Positions 20,152 through 29,547 of a stretch of 64,000 nt of DNA are shown here, piece by piece; position 1 is the stretch's first letter, and every line of letters begins with the position of its first letter. The notes under the pieces are model-generated. The model did no database searches, was not told the DNA's origin, and was given only the letters and a program-made list of their open reading frames with translations. Origin of the DNA: an uncultured bacterium (GTDB lineage: Bacteria > Patescibacteriota > Minisyncoccia > UBA6257 > 2-01-FULL-56-20); contig OY970175.1 in NCBI GenBank assembly GCA_963707865.1, forward strand, positions 16,748 through 80,747. Direction: 5' to 3'. The translations under genes were made by a program, and so were the position numbers.

Positions 20152-20922
20152 CTATTCTTTTTTCTTGAACAAGCTCAATAAAAAGAGCGCGGCGGCCGTG
20201 ACGACGATCGTGGGGCCTTGTTCCAGCGCGTAGTGCGCGGAGAGGTAAAACCCGACGAGCATTGCGGCGATGGAAAGCGCTATGGAGGTTATGAGGAACA
20301 TGCCGAGCGAATGGGTGAACTGGCGCGCGGCGGAGGCGGGAATGATGATGAGGGAACCCACAAGCAATGCGCCGAGGAAGCGCAACGAAACAAGGATAGC
20401 GAGGCCAAAGACGAGCAAAAACCAAAGGTTCACGGTGTTCACGTTGATACCGGCGGAGGCAGCGAGTTCTGGGGAAAAGAGGGCAATGATCAATTTGTTG
20501 CGCAGCACCCAGAGCGCTGCAATGACGATTATACTCACCGCCATCCCGAAGATGAATCCGCCGGCAGAGAGATTTCCAAATCCGCCGAAGAGTGCATCAA
20601 CAAGATCTTCGGTGGAATGAATAAGAAGTGCGCCCAGTGCCACGGAACTTGCAAAGATGACGCCGATCGCAGCCTCGGCGGAAAGTTCGGTGGATTTTTG
20701 AAGATGCCAAATAAGAAGAATACCGATGAGGAGAGTGAGCCCGCCGCCCGCGAGGGGATTGATCTTCCAGACGATGGCGAGGCCCAACCCAGGGATTGCG
20801 ATGTGCGACATTACGTCGCCTGCGAGCACCGTCCGTTTCATCAGTGCGAAGGCACCGACGAGGCCTGCGGCTGCGGCGGCAAAAATAGCGAGCGTGATGG
20901 AATAAATATCAGTGAGGGTCAT
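20152..20922 (-). CDS. Zn/Mn ABC transporter permease (ZnuB-like)
   Basis: GDVMSHIAIPG, GALLVGSLIIIPA; alternative start 20961. Confidence 0.88.
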   Translation of the reverse strand: MTLTDIYSITLAIFAAAAAGLVGAFALMKRTVLAGDVMSHIAIPGLGLAIVWKINPLAGGGLTLLIGILLIWHLQKSTELSAEAAIGVIFASSVALGALLIHSTEDLVDALFGGFGNLSAGGFIFGMAVSIIVIAALWVLRNKLIIALFSPELAASAGINVNTVNLWFLLVFGLAILVSLRFLGALLVGSLIIIPASAARQFTHSLGMFLITSIALSIAAMLVGFYLSAHYALEQGPTIVVTAAALFLLSLFKKKE

Positions 20923-21658
20923 GGAGATGGTGGAAGTGGTGGAAATATTTGTGCGGTCCATAAAGTTTTTCCAATACGTCTTTGGTGAGAGCTTCGTCGG
21001 GTGGGCCGAAGCAGAGCTCAGACGTGTGGAGACAAAGCACTTTCGTAGCGTACTGGTACACGACGTTAAGGTCGTGCGAGACGAGGATGGTTGTCATGTC
21101 GTATTGGTCCTGAAGGCGGTGGACGAGTTCATAAACCTGCTCTTCGCCGGACTCGTCAATGCTCGCAGTCGGTTCGTCAAGCAGCAGCACGCTCGGCTTG
21201 CCCAGCCGCGCTTCGTCGTGCGAAGTGGTGCTCGGCAAGCCAAGGAGTGCGAATGCAATAAGCGCGCGCTGGAACTGTCCGCCCGAAAGGTGCCCCACGG
21301 GCGTTTCAAGTATTTTTTTTGTGAGACCGACGGCATCCGCGACGGCGCTCGCTTCGGCTTTCGCGAGACGGAGCGTCGCCGATTTAGCCGCGAGAAGATT
21401 GTGGAAGTTGATGGGGAGGTGGCGGTCGGCGTCTATTTTTTGCGGCACATAGCCGATCCGCGTGCCGGGGGCCCACGCAACCGTGCCGCGGTAGGGAATC
21501 ATGCCGAGGAGCGCGCGCAAAAGGACGCTCTTACCCGCGCCATTGGGACCGATAACCGCAAGCGCATCCCCCTTGTCAAGTGTAAAATTGATACTCTGCA
21601 ACGCGGTTCTTCCGCCCAATACTACGTTCAGATCGGAAACGGTAAGCGCATCTGCCAT
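20909..21658 (-). CDS. Zn/Mn ABC transporter ATPase (ZnuC-like)
   Basis: GPNGAGKS, LSGGQFQR, LLLDEP, His-rich C-terminal tail. Confidence 0.9.
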   Translation of the reverse strand: MADALTVSDLNVVLGGRTALQSINFTLDKGDALAVIGPNGAGKSVLLRALLGMIPYRGTVAWAPGTRIGYVPQKIDADRHLPINFHNLLAAKSATLRLAKAEASAVADAVGLTKKILETPVGHLSGGQFQRALIAFALLGLPSTTSHDEARLGKPSVLLLDEPTASIDESGEEQVYELVHRLQDQYDMTTILVSHDLNVVYQYATKVLCLHTSELCFGPPDEALTKDVLEKLYGPHKYFHHFHHLHDPH

Positions 21659-21674
21659 TGTGAATATTGTAGCG

Positions 21675-21733
21675 TAGAACCCATCTTAAAAATAGGGCAT
21701 AAGAGCCATGCGGCCTATTTTTAAGATGGGTTC
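21675..21733. repeat. MITE-like hairpin (TAGAACCCATCTTAAAAATAGG..CCTATTTTTAAGATGGGTTC)
   Basis: 20-bp perfect stem with the same terminus as the 13418 element. Confidence 0.7.
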
Positions 21734-21780
21734 CGGCGGCGGATGGGAAAGGGAGGAGACCAGAATGATAGAATGAAGGT

Positions 21781-23571
21781 ATGCAGAAGCCGTCTAAAAG
21801 AAAACTTCGGAATCGGATCTTTCTCGTGATTCTCGTCGGGCTTGTCCCTATCGCGGTTGCGGTGGGGCTTGGTATCTACACCGTGAACAGCTCACACCGC
21901 GAGGATGTGGCACGGCTTGAATCGGCGGTGCTTACAGAGAAGGCGCAGGAAGTAGAGACCTATGTGAACGAAAACATCTTAAGCCACCCCCGGATCGTAT
22001 CGCCCCAAGGGACAAGCATTGCACAATCAACTTCGGCGCAGAAATTTGCCCTCAGCCAAACAATGAATGTGCTCACCTTTCTTAATGTGGAATCTTTTGT
22101 CAATTTGAGCGGAGAAGAATTGGTGCGCCTTGATCGCGCGTATCCCGACGGCTATCCCGCGGATGCCTTGCGCGACATGAGCGCCACGCCGGCGTTTCAG
22201 ATCGCCCGTGCGGGCAACTATTATATCGGTCCCATTTCTTACATTTCTTCCACGCCCTCGGTCACCTTTTCGTCTCCCGTGGAGGATGATGCAAAAAACG
22301 TGATAGGGGTGATCGTGGGCGAGGCGAATCTGGCGGAGCTCCAAGCGATTGTTACGGAAGCGAAGATCGGCACCACCGGGTACCTGTATCTTGTGGATGG
22401 ACAGGGGAACACGATTGGCGGTGGAGGGCCGATGAAGGGGACTACGGGACAAACGGCTACGGTGAATGGGGTTAACCTGTCGACGGTACAGGCGGCACTC
22501 GCTGGGGAAGATCTTCTTACCGCCGACACGCAAGAGACCTATAAAAACATCGTAGGGGAAACGGTGGTCGCTGCGGAAAAATATATTCCGGAATTTGGTT
22601 GGGGACTCGTCGTGGAATGGCCGACAAGCGAGGCGAACGCCGTGATCAATACGCTTTTCTTGCGCAACGCTATCACATTTGCCATTGTGTTGCTCATCGC
22701 GTTCGCCGCGTCGCTCTTCCTCGCCGCATATGTGGTGCGCCCGGTGCGGAAGTTGCAGGAGGGCGTGGCGCGGGTGGCGCAGGGAAAGTTTGACGAGGGG
22801 GTTTACATCGCAACTGGCGACGAATTGGAAGCCCTCGGCGACTCGTTCAATAACATGGTGCAGGGGTTGAAGCAGTTGGAACAGCTGAAAGACGAGTTCG
22901 TCTTTATCGCGGCGCACGAGCTGCGGACCCCCGTGGCTGCGATGAAGGGATATCTTTCTCTTGTTCTTGACGGTACGACGGGCGCCATCACTGATGGGAC
23001 AAGAGCGTACGTGGAGAAGGTAATCGCGTCGGATAACCGTCTTGTCCAACTGGTGAACGACCTTCTTGAGGTCGCCCGCTCAGAGGCGGGACGGCTTACG
23101 ATTAAGGTGTCGCCGATTGACATGGCGCCGCTCGTCTGTGCAGTGCTTGACGAACTCAAAGCGCTCGCCGACGAGAAGTCGGTAAAAATGGTCTACGAAC
23201 CGTCTGTAGATTTGCCGAAGGTAGTGGGCGACGCGGATCACGTGAAGGAAGTTATGGTCAATCTTGTGGGCAATGCGATCAAGTATATGGGTGGCGCGGG
23301 GACGGTGACCATTTTGCACGAAGTGAAAGACGGCGCGCTCCTGACGCACGTCGCAGATACTGGGATCGGCATTGCAAAGGAAGCACAGGAAAAATTGTTT
23401 CAAAAATTCTACCGCGTGCAGACGGAGAAGACGCGCGACATCACGGGCACCGGCCTTGGCCTTTTTATCGTGCGGGAGATTATGGAAAAGATGGGTGGAA
23501 AAATCTTGGTTGAGTCCGAGGAAGGAAAAGGGTCCATGTTCAGCATTAGCCTCCCCCTCGCAAAAACGTAA
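21781..23571 (+). CDS. Sensor histidine kinase (Cache, HAMP, HisKA, HATPase)
   Basis: AHELRTP, NLVGNAIKY, DTGIGI, GTGLGL. Confidence 0.93.
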   Translation: MQKPSKRKLRNRIFLVILVGLVPIAVAVGLGIYTVNSSHREDVARLESAVLTEKAQEVETYVNENILSHPRIVSPQGTSIAQSTSAQKFALSQTMNVLTFLNVESFVNLSGEELVRLDRAYPDGYPADALRDMSATPAFQIARAGNYYIGPISYISSTPSVTFSSPVEDDAKNVIGVIVGEANLAELQAIVTEAKIGTTGYLYLVDGQGNTIGGGGPMKGTTGQTATVNGVNLSTVQAALAGEDLLTADTQETYKNIVGETVVAAEKYIPEFGWGLVVEWPTSEANAVINTLFLRNAITFAIVLLIAFAASLFLAAYVVRPVRKLQEGVARVAQGKFDEGVYIATGDELEALGDSFNNMVQGLKQLEQLKDEFVFIAAHELRTPVAAMKGYLSLVLDGTTGAITDGTRAYVEKVIASDNRLVQLVNDLLEVARSEAGRLTIKVSPIDMAPLVCAVLDELKALADEKSVKMVYEPSVDLPKVVGDADHVKEVMVNLVGNAIKYMGGAGTVTILHEVKDGALLTHVADTGIGIAKEAQEKLFQKFYRVQTEKTRDITGTGLGLFIVREIMEKMGGKILVESEEGKGSMFSISLPLAKT

Positions 23572-23728
23572 AAACCTTCTTTTGCTGAACTCGTCTTCAC
23601 GCCGAAGGCAGCGCTTGCTTTTATTGTTTTTTGTTGTATAATAGGCGGGCTCTTTGAAATAGATGTTTTTGCGGCTCTTTTTAAATTTAATAACTTAAAG
23701 AGTCGAAAAAACTAATATACAGACAGAA

Positions 23729-25196
23729 ATGAATAGAATAAACAGATTGAAGAAGATTACGGTGATTGGATTGGGGATTCTCTTGATGGGGAGCGCTTTA
23801 GTTCCGGCAATGATCGGTTCCGAAGGGTTCACCGTCGCGCGCGCCGACAGTGTTGCAACAAGTACGGCGAGCACTACCACGAGTTCTAGCGCGAGTACGA
23901 GCGCAAGCGGAAGTGCTGATGCGAGCAGTACCGCGAGTGCGGGAGGCATAGATACGACCGCAAGCACAACCGCGAACGCAAGTTCTAGTACGAGCGCGAG
24001 CGGGGGAAGTGCGAGCGCCAGTGCAAGCGCAGACGCGACGGCAGGGTCGGGCACGAACGAGAGTACCTGTAAGGTGACGACCGGCTCGATCACCATTTGC
24101 AAAGTGATCGAGAACGCAAGCGGTACAATCGTGAACGGTGCGGCATTCCCTGGGCAGGTCTTTACAGTCCCGGGGATAGCCACGGTGCCTTCAACGACCG
24201 CAGGTGCGGCAGGACTGTTGCCGACCTCGGTCTTTACGACGCCGGTTCCCTGGAACGAAGAACTTTTCGGTTCTCGCGCGGACAATGCGAAGTGCCTTAC
24301 GTACGACCATCTTGCCCTCGGCGATTACTACTACGGGCAAGAGCAAATTGCGACCTCAACGTATCAGTGGGCAACCCCGCGCTACAATGACCAAAATACG
24401 GTTACTGCAGCGACGCCGGCGAACACATTCCCATACAGCGGCGAGCTGTTTGACAACGATCCCTCCAATGACAGCCAGCGGAACCAGAACGCTGATGGGG
24501 ACATCACCCTCACGCGCGCACGTCCAAACCGCGAACTCATCGTTCTCAACCAATTCTTGGGGAGCGGTACGACGACGCCTCAGAGCGCAGGCCTCACCAT
24601 TGTGAAGACTGCCGATGTGACCTCTACAGTTCCCGGCGGCACCGTGCACTATATGCTCACGGTGGATGCCTTGGGTCCTGTGACGTCAACGGGAGTGGTC
24701 GCGACGGATACGCTTCCTTCGGAGCTTACGTTTGAGAACGCCACCGCTTCGGTGGGTTCTTACGCCAGCTCCACGGGTACGTGGACCATCGGCGACCTGA
24801 GTCCGAGTTCCACGGCGACGCTTGCAATCCAAGCGACCGTGAACCCGAGCACGCCCACGGGCACGACGATCGTGAATACCGCGATCGTAGGGGAGAATGC
24901 CAGCACGACGAATCCGAATCCGAACACGTCCTCAACCATACCGGTTATTGTGACAAGTACCAGTACTTGCACATCTAACTGCGGTGGCGGCGGAGGTGGC
25001 GGCGGCGGAGGCGTGAGCTCAAGCACCTGCACCATAGTGAGCGACACGAACAACTTGGTGTACGGCAGCGGTCCGGTTGCGATTAATAACCCTTACGTGG
25101 CCTCATGGCTTGATACCACGGGCCTCGCGAATGGCGGGAACGCCGCGCTTGTTGCGACTCCGTACAACACTCGTTGGACGGCGTCAATTCCGGGCG
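23729..25196 (+). pseudogene. Large surface protein (DUF11 repeats), N-terminal part, IS-interrupted
   Basis: Signal peptide, Ser/Ala-rich stretch, DUF11-like KTADVT..VPGGTVHY; frame broken at WTASIPG. Confidence 0.85.
24587..25013 (+). repeat. ~425-bp direct repeat copy 1 (DUF11 domain plus poly-Gly)
   Basis: Near-identical to 27000-27426. Confidence 0.9.
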
Positions 25197-26197
25197 GTAC
25201 TCTGCACATACATATGGCCCCTTGAAGTGTAAGCTGGGGAATATGCCACAAACACTCGCAAAAGACGCAGCAGAGGAACGGATGCGGTGGATCACCCCGC
25301 ATCTTGAGAAAGAGATGAGTATCAAGGACATTGCTGCCCACGCGCCGTTTTCATATCGCACGCTCAAGCGGTGGGTGGCGGCATATCGCAGGGGCGGGAT
25401 CGATGCGCTCGTGTCGCACTCGCGCAGGCCGCACACGCATCCGAAACAATTCTCACAGACCATCGTGAATCGGATCAGATCGTTGCGAACAGCAACGGAT
25501 CTGGGTCCTGATGTCCTCATGTATCTCCTCGCCCGCGAGGGCCTGAAGCTCTCCGTGCGGGGTATTGCCAAAGTCCTGAAACGTGAGGGGCTCTCAAGAA
25601 CCAAAAAACGGTTGGTGCCCAAAGCAAAGTGGAAACCGACCGCCACGTTTCCCGGAGAGATCATCGAGATTGATGTCGTTTATGTGCGGAGATTCAAGGG
25701 GCAATGGCTCTACCAGTTCACCGCGATTGATTGCTGCACGCGGTGGCGGCATCTCTGGGTGACCCAAGAACAATCCACGCGGACCGCGATCTTGTTTCTC
25801 GAGAAAGTCATTGCTACGGCACCCTTCCGCATCCGTGCGGTGAAGACCGATAACGGATCAATCTTCACGAACCGGTACGTGGGATATCCGAAGTCAGCAG
25901 ATCCCCTGAAGCCGCGGTTGCATCCTTTTGATGTTACTTGTGAAAAACAAAAAATGACGCACTATCTCATCGCCCCGGGGCATCCTGCGCAGAACGGCAA
26001 GGTGGAGCGGTCGCATCGCAATGACCGCGAACGGTTCTGGAACAAGATATCATTCCGCACGGTGGCCGAAGCGAAACAAAAACAGGCCGCGTACTGCGCC
26101 TGGTACAACACGGTCTGTCCTCATCTTGCCCTTGCGGGAAAGACGCCGGTTGAATATCTTCAAGCTATCGAGGGGACAAATGTGCGGACATGAAACA
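25197..26197 (+). mobile_element. IS481-family insertion sequence
   Basis: Flanked by GGGCG direct repeats (25192-96, 26198-202); right end ..ACA; partial IR TCTGCACAT/ATGTGCGGA. Confidence 0.88.
25243..26193 (+). CDS. IS481-family DDE transposase (HTH plus rve)
   Basis: TLKRWVAAYRRGG, EIDV, TAIDCCTR, KTDNGSIF, NGKVERSHR. Confidence 0.92.
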   Translation: MPQTLAKDAAEERMRWITPHLEKEMSIKDIAAHAPFSYRTLKRWVAAYRRGGIDALVSHSRRPHTHPKQFSQTIVNRIRSLRTATDLGPDVLMYLLAREGLKLSVRGIAKVLKREGLSRTKKRLVPKAKWKPTATFPGEIIEIDVVYVRRFKGQWLYQFTAIDCCTRWRHLWVTQEQSTRTAILFLEKVIATAPFRIRAVKTDNGSIFTNRYVGYPKSADPLKPRLHPFDVTCEKQKMTHYLIAPGHPAQNGKVERSHRNDRERFWNKISFRTVAEAKQKQAAYCAWYNTVCPHLALAGKTPVEYLQAIEGTNVRT

Positions 26198-28130
26198 GGG
26201 CGCGAGCTGGATCTGGGCGACACCGACGATTGATAACCCGCTCGTGAACGAGGCATACACGTTCAAGAAAACCTTCACGGTTTCGGGAACTCCGGCTTCG
26301 GCGACGTTGGACATCAACGCTGACAACTCCTACGGCGTCGTACTGAATGGCGCCACGGTTGCTTCAAACTCAAACGAGCTTAACTACTTCATTCAGAATG
26401 AGGGACAGTTCAATGTTGCTTCCGCGTTGCACAACGGTACGAACACCATTGCGGTGACGGTTGCGAATTTCGGCATGCCGAGTAGCACGCCGCAATCCAA
26501 CCCGGCTGGCCTGCTTTATAAGCTCGCCATCCAGGGTGCGACCTGTACGACTCCCACTTCTACCCCGACCTCCACGATCCCGTCCGCGGACATCGCCATT
26601 GCGAAGACCGCGGATGTAACGTCAACGGTTGCGGGTGGCACGGTGAACTATACACTTACCGTAACCGGTCTTGGCCCCACAACCTCAACGATTGTGGTTG
26701 CCAATGATCGATTGCCTGCCGGCGTGAGTTTGATCTCTGCGACATCTTCGCAGGGGACTTACAACATGACGACGGGTGATTGGAACATCAACACGGTGGC
26801 GCCGAACGCGACGGCTACCCTGATTATCGCAGCCATGGTTGATCCGCGTGAAGCGGGCGAGAGCATTACGAACACCGCGACCGTTTCCGAGTTGAGTTCG
26901 CTCATTGATCCGAATCCGGCGAACAATTCTTCCTCGGTTACGATCATGGTCCAGCCCACGAGCACGTGCACTTCCAACTGTGGCGGAGAAATTCCTCAAG
27001 CAGGCCTCACCATTGTGAAGACTGCCGATGTGACCTCTACAGTTCCCGGCGGCACCGTGCACTATATGCTCACGGTGGATGCCTTGGGTCCTGTGACGTC
27101 AACGGGAGTGGTCGCGACGGATACGCTTCCTTCGGAGCTTACGTTTGAGAACGCCACCGCTTCGGTGGGTTCTTACGCCAGCTCCACGGGTACGTGGACC
27201 ATCGGTGACCTGAGTCCGAGTTCCACGGCGACGCTTGCAATCCAAGCGACTGTGAACCCGAGCACGCCCACGGGCACGACGATCCTCAATACGGCAATCG
27301 TAGGGGAGAATGCCAGCACGACGAATCCGAATCCGAACACGTCCTCAACCATACCGGTTATTGTGACAAGTACCAGTACTTGCACATCTGACTGCGGTGG
27401 TGGCGGAGGTGGCGGTGGCGGAGGCGGCGGAGGCGGCGGAGGTGGAGGTGGTATCTCGGTGTCCGTTGGCGGCGGTGGCACGGCGTATTCCATAGCCATC
27501 AATAATGGCGCGACGTCCACGCCGACCACGAATGCGACACTTTCGCTCTACGGAACGGGAGCCTACGCGATGGCGATCGCGAACGAGCCCTTCCCGAGTT
27601 CCATTGCGACGTCAACCGCGAGTTCAACTGTGGGCGACACCGGATGGATTCCGTACACGACTTCTATGCCGTGGACACTTACACCCGGCGCGGGATTGAA
27701 AACCGTTTACGTGCGATACCGTGACGTGAACGGCAACATTCTTGCGACCGTGAACGCTTCCATTGAACTCCTGGGCGGGCAGGTGCTTGGCGCTTCCGCA
27801 AGCTGCGGCACCTATCTGAACGATTACATCCGCCTCGGATGGAACAACAATCCCAATGAGGTGGCGAAGCTCCAGACATTCCTGAACAAAAATCTGGGAC
27901 TGAATCTGCCGATCACGGGCGTCTATGACCAAAAGGGTTTCAACGCCGTGGAGCAATTCCAGCTCAAGTACAACGATCAAGTGCTTGCGCCATGGGTGCC
28001 CCTCGGTTTGCTGAACAAGATGACGCCGACCGGTTTCGTTTATCAGACGACGAAATGGGAGATTAATATGCTGCAGTGCGCAGCGCTCAATCTTCCGCTC
28101 CCAGCTTTACAGGTCTATGGGACACCGTAA
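26190..28130 (+). pseudogene. Large surface protein, C-terminal part (lectin-like, two DUF11, PG-binding domain)
   Basis: ASWIW..ADN..NPAGLL; DUF11 repeats; GQVLGAS; VAKLQTFLN..TGVY..AVEQFQ. Confidence 0.85.
27000..27426 (+). repeat. ~425-bp direct repeat copy 2
   Basis: Near-identical to 24587-25013. Confidence 0.9.
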
Positions 28131-28142
28131 TCACGCGAATGC

Positions 28143-28193
28143 CCAAAAACAGTCCAGCACCATCCTAAAAAGTGGTGCTGGATTGTTTTTTGG
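28143..28193. terminator. Bidirectional terminator-like hairpin
   Basis: AAAAACAGTCCAGCACCA/TGGTGCTGGATTGTTTTT. Confidence 0.75.
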
Positions 28194-28223
28194 ACAGCTT
28201 TGTGATATAATATGACCAATGCT

Positions 28224-28285
28224 GCCTGTCTGCGCCCCTCCGGCCTCCTTTGAAGCCAGAGTCGGCCGGAGGGGCGCAGACAGGC
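28224..28285. repeat. 22-bp perfect GC-rich inverted repeat in 5' leader
   Basis: GCCTGTCTGCGCCCCTCCGGCC/GGCCGGAGGGGCGCAGACAGGC. Confidence 0.8.
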
Positions 28286-28295
28286 GACCATTTCA

Positions 28296-29360
28296 ATGTT
28301 CAAGAAACTAAAGTATTATTTTATTCCGCACGAGGGGAACGATCACAAGCCGCACATCCTGCGGCCGAAGGCGGTTGCTTTTGTGTGCCTCGTCGCGATC
28401 GTTGTGGAGGGTGTTTTTCTCCTCGGTTCGTCATTCGTGATTCCGCGCGTGAAGCTTTTTGGACTGATCATCGCGAACGCGCTCGTTGACGGCACGAACC
28501 AGGCGCGCGCTACCGCCGATCTGCCCGCGCTTCGCGAAAGCGGGCTTTTGGACGCGGCGGCGCAAAAGAAGGCGAACGACATGGTGACGAACAATTACTT
28601 TGCGCACACGAGCCCGTCGGGTCTCACGCCGTGGTATTGGTTTCAGAATGTAGGCTATCAGTTTGCCGTTGCAGGGGAGAATCTTGCGGTGAATTTTGCC
28701 GATTCGGCAGACGTGACGAATGCATGGCTCAACTCCCCCGATCACCGCGCGAATATCATGAATGCCGGTTTCTCCGAGATCGGCATGGCGACGGCGCAAG
28801 GTGAGTTCCAAGGGCACCCCGCCGTTTATGCGGTGGAGCTTTTCGGCACGCCGGCAGTTTCGGCTATGCCGTTCGTGGCGACCGCGGCAGCTGCATCGCC
28901 TACGGAAAGCGCTACGACTACGAAGACAACTGCGCGCGTCCCGGTGACAAAACCCATTGCCGTGGTACCGCTCCTTATTGCGACAAACTCAGCAAATTCC
29001 ACTTCGCAGCAGAATTTTGTGATGGTGAAGGGTGCGCAAACAGAAACGGCTTCCGCGACAACGGCCGGCGCGACGACGACCGCGGGAGGAGCGCTCGCCT
29101 CGGCACAAGCGCCCGCCCAGTCCCCGCCGCCGCAAACCAACCTCGTCCAGAGCGCCTTCGCCGATCCGCGCCGAACCGTGGATTACTTCTACTTCGGCAT
29201 TGCGATCCTTTTTGCCATTGCGCTCTCTCTGAATATTTTTGTCAGAATCCACGTCCAGCACCCGCAGCTCATTCTCGGAGGAATGTTGGTTATCCTCCTC
29301 GCCGGACTTTTCATCGTCCTCAACCAGCACTTCGGTGCCTCTGGAGTCGTTATTTTGTAA
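28296..29360 (+). CDS. CAP (SCP) domain membrane protein
   Basis: AAQKKANDM..YFAH, AGENLA, WLNSPDHRANI. Confidence 0.9.
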   Translation: MFKKLKYYFIPHEGNDHKPHILRPKAVAFVCLVAIVVEGVFLLGSSFVIPRVKLFGLIIANALVDGTNQARATADLPALRESGLLDAAAQKKANDMVTNNYFAHTSPSGLTPWYWFQNVGYQFAVAGENLAVNFADSADVTNAWLNSPDHRANIMNAGFSEIGMATAQGEFQGHPAVYAVELFGTPAVSAMPFVATAAAASPTESATTTKTTARVPVTKPIAVVPLLIATNSANSTSQQNFVMVKGAQTETASATTAGATTTAGGALASAQAPAQSPPPQTNLVQSAFADPRRTVDYFYFGIAILFAIALSLNIFVRIHVQHPQLILGGMLVILLAGLFIVLNQHFGASGVVIL

Positions 29361-29547
29361 TTTATCAGATTCGCCTCCCGGCAAGTTGAGAAGCCTCCCG
29401 CGCCTTATTCCGGCGTTTCACCCTAAATAAAATCCGTGTTGAATGTGAGAAATTTTCCTTCGCTGGAATTCTCCGTTTTCGCTCGAAAATCCGTCGCGAT
29501 ATGCAATTGCCAATTTTTGAGATAGGTTCTAAGCTCATAGCATAGCG

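Noticed and set aside
24587-27426. DGR template/variable repeat pair
   Set aside because: Differences are not adenine-specific, both copies are coding, and there is no reverse transcriptase in the window
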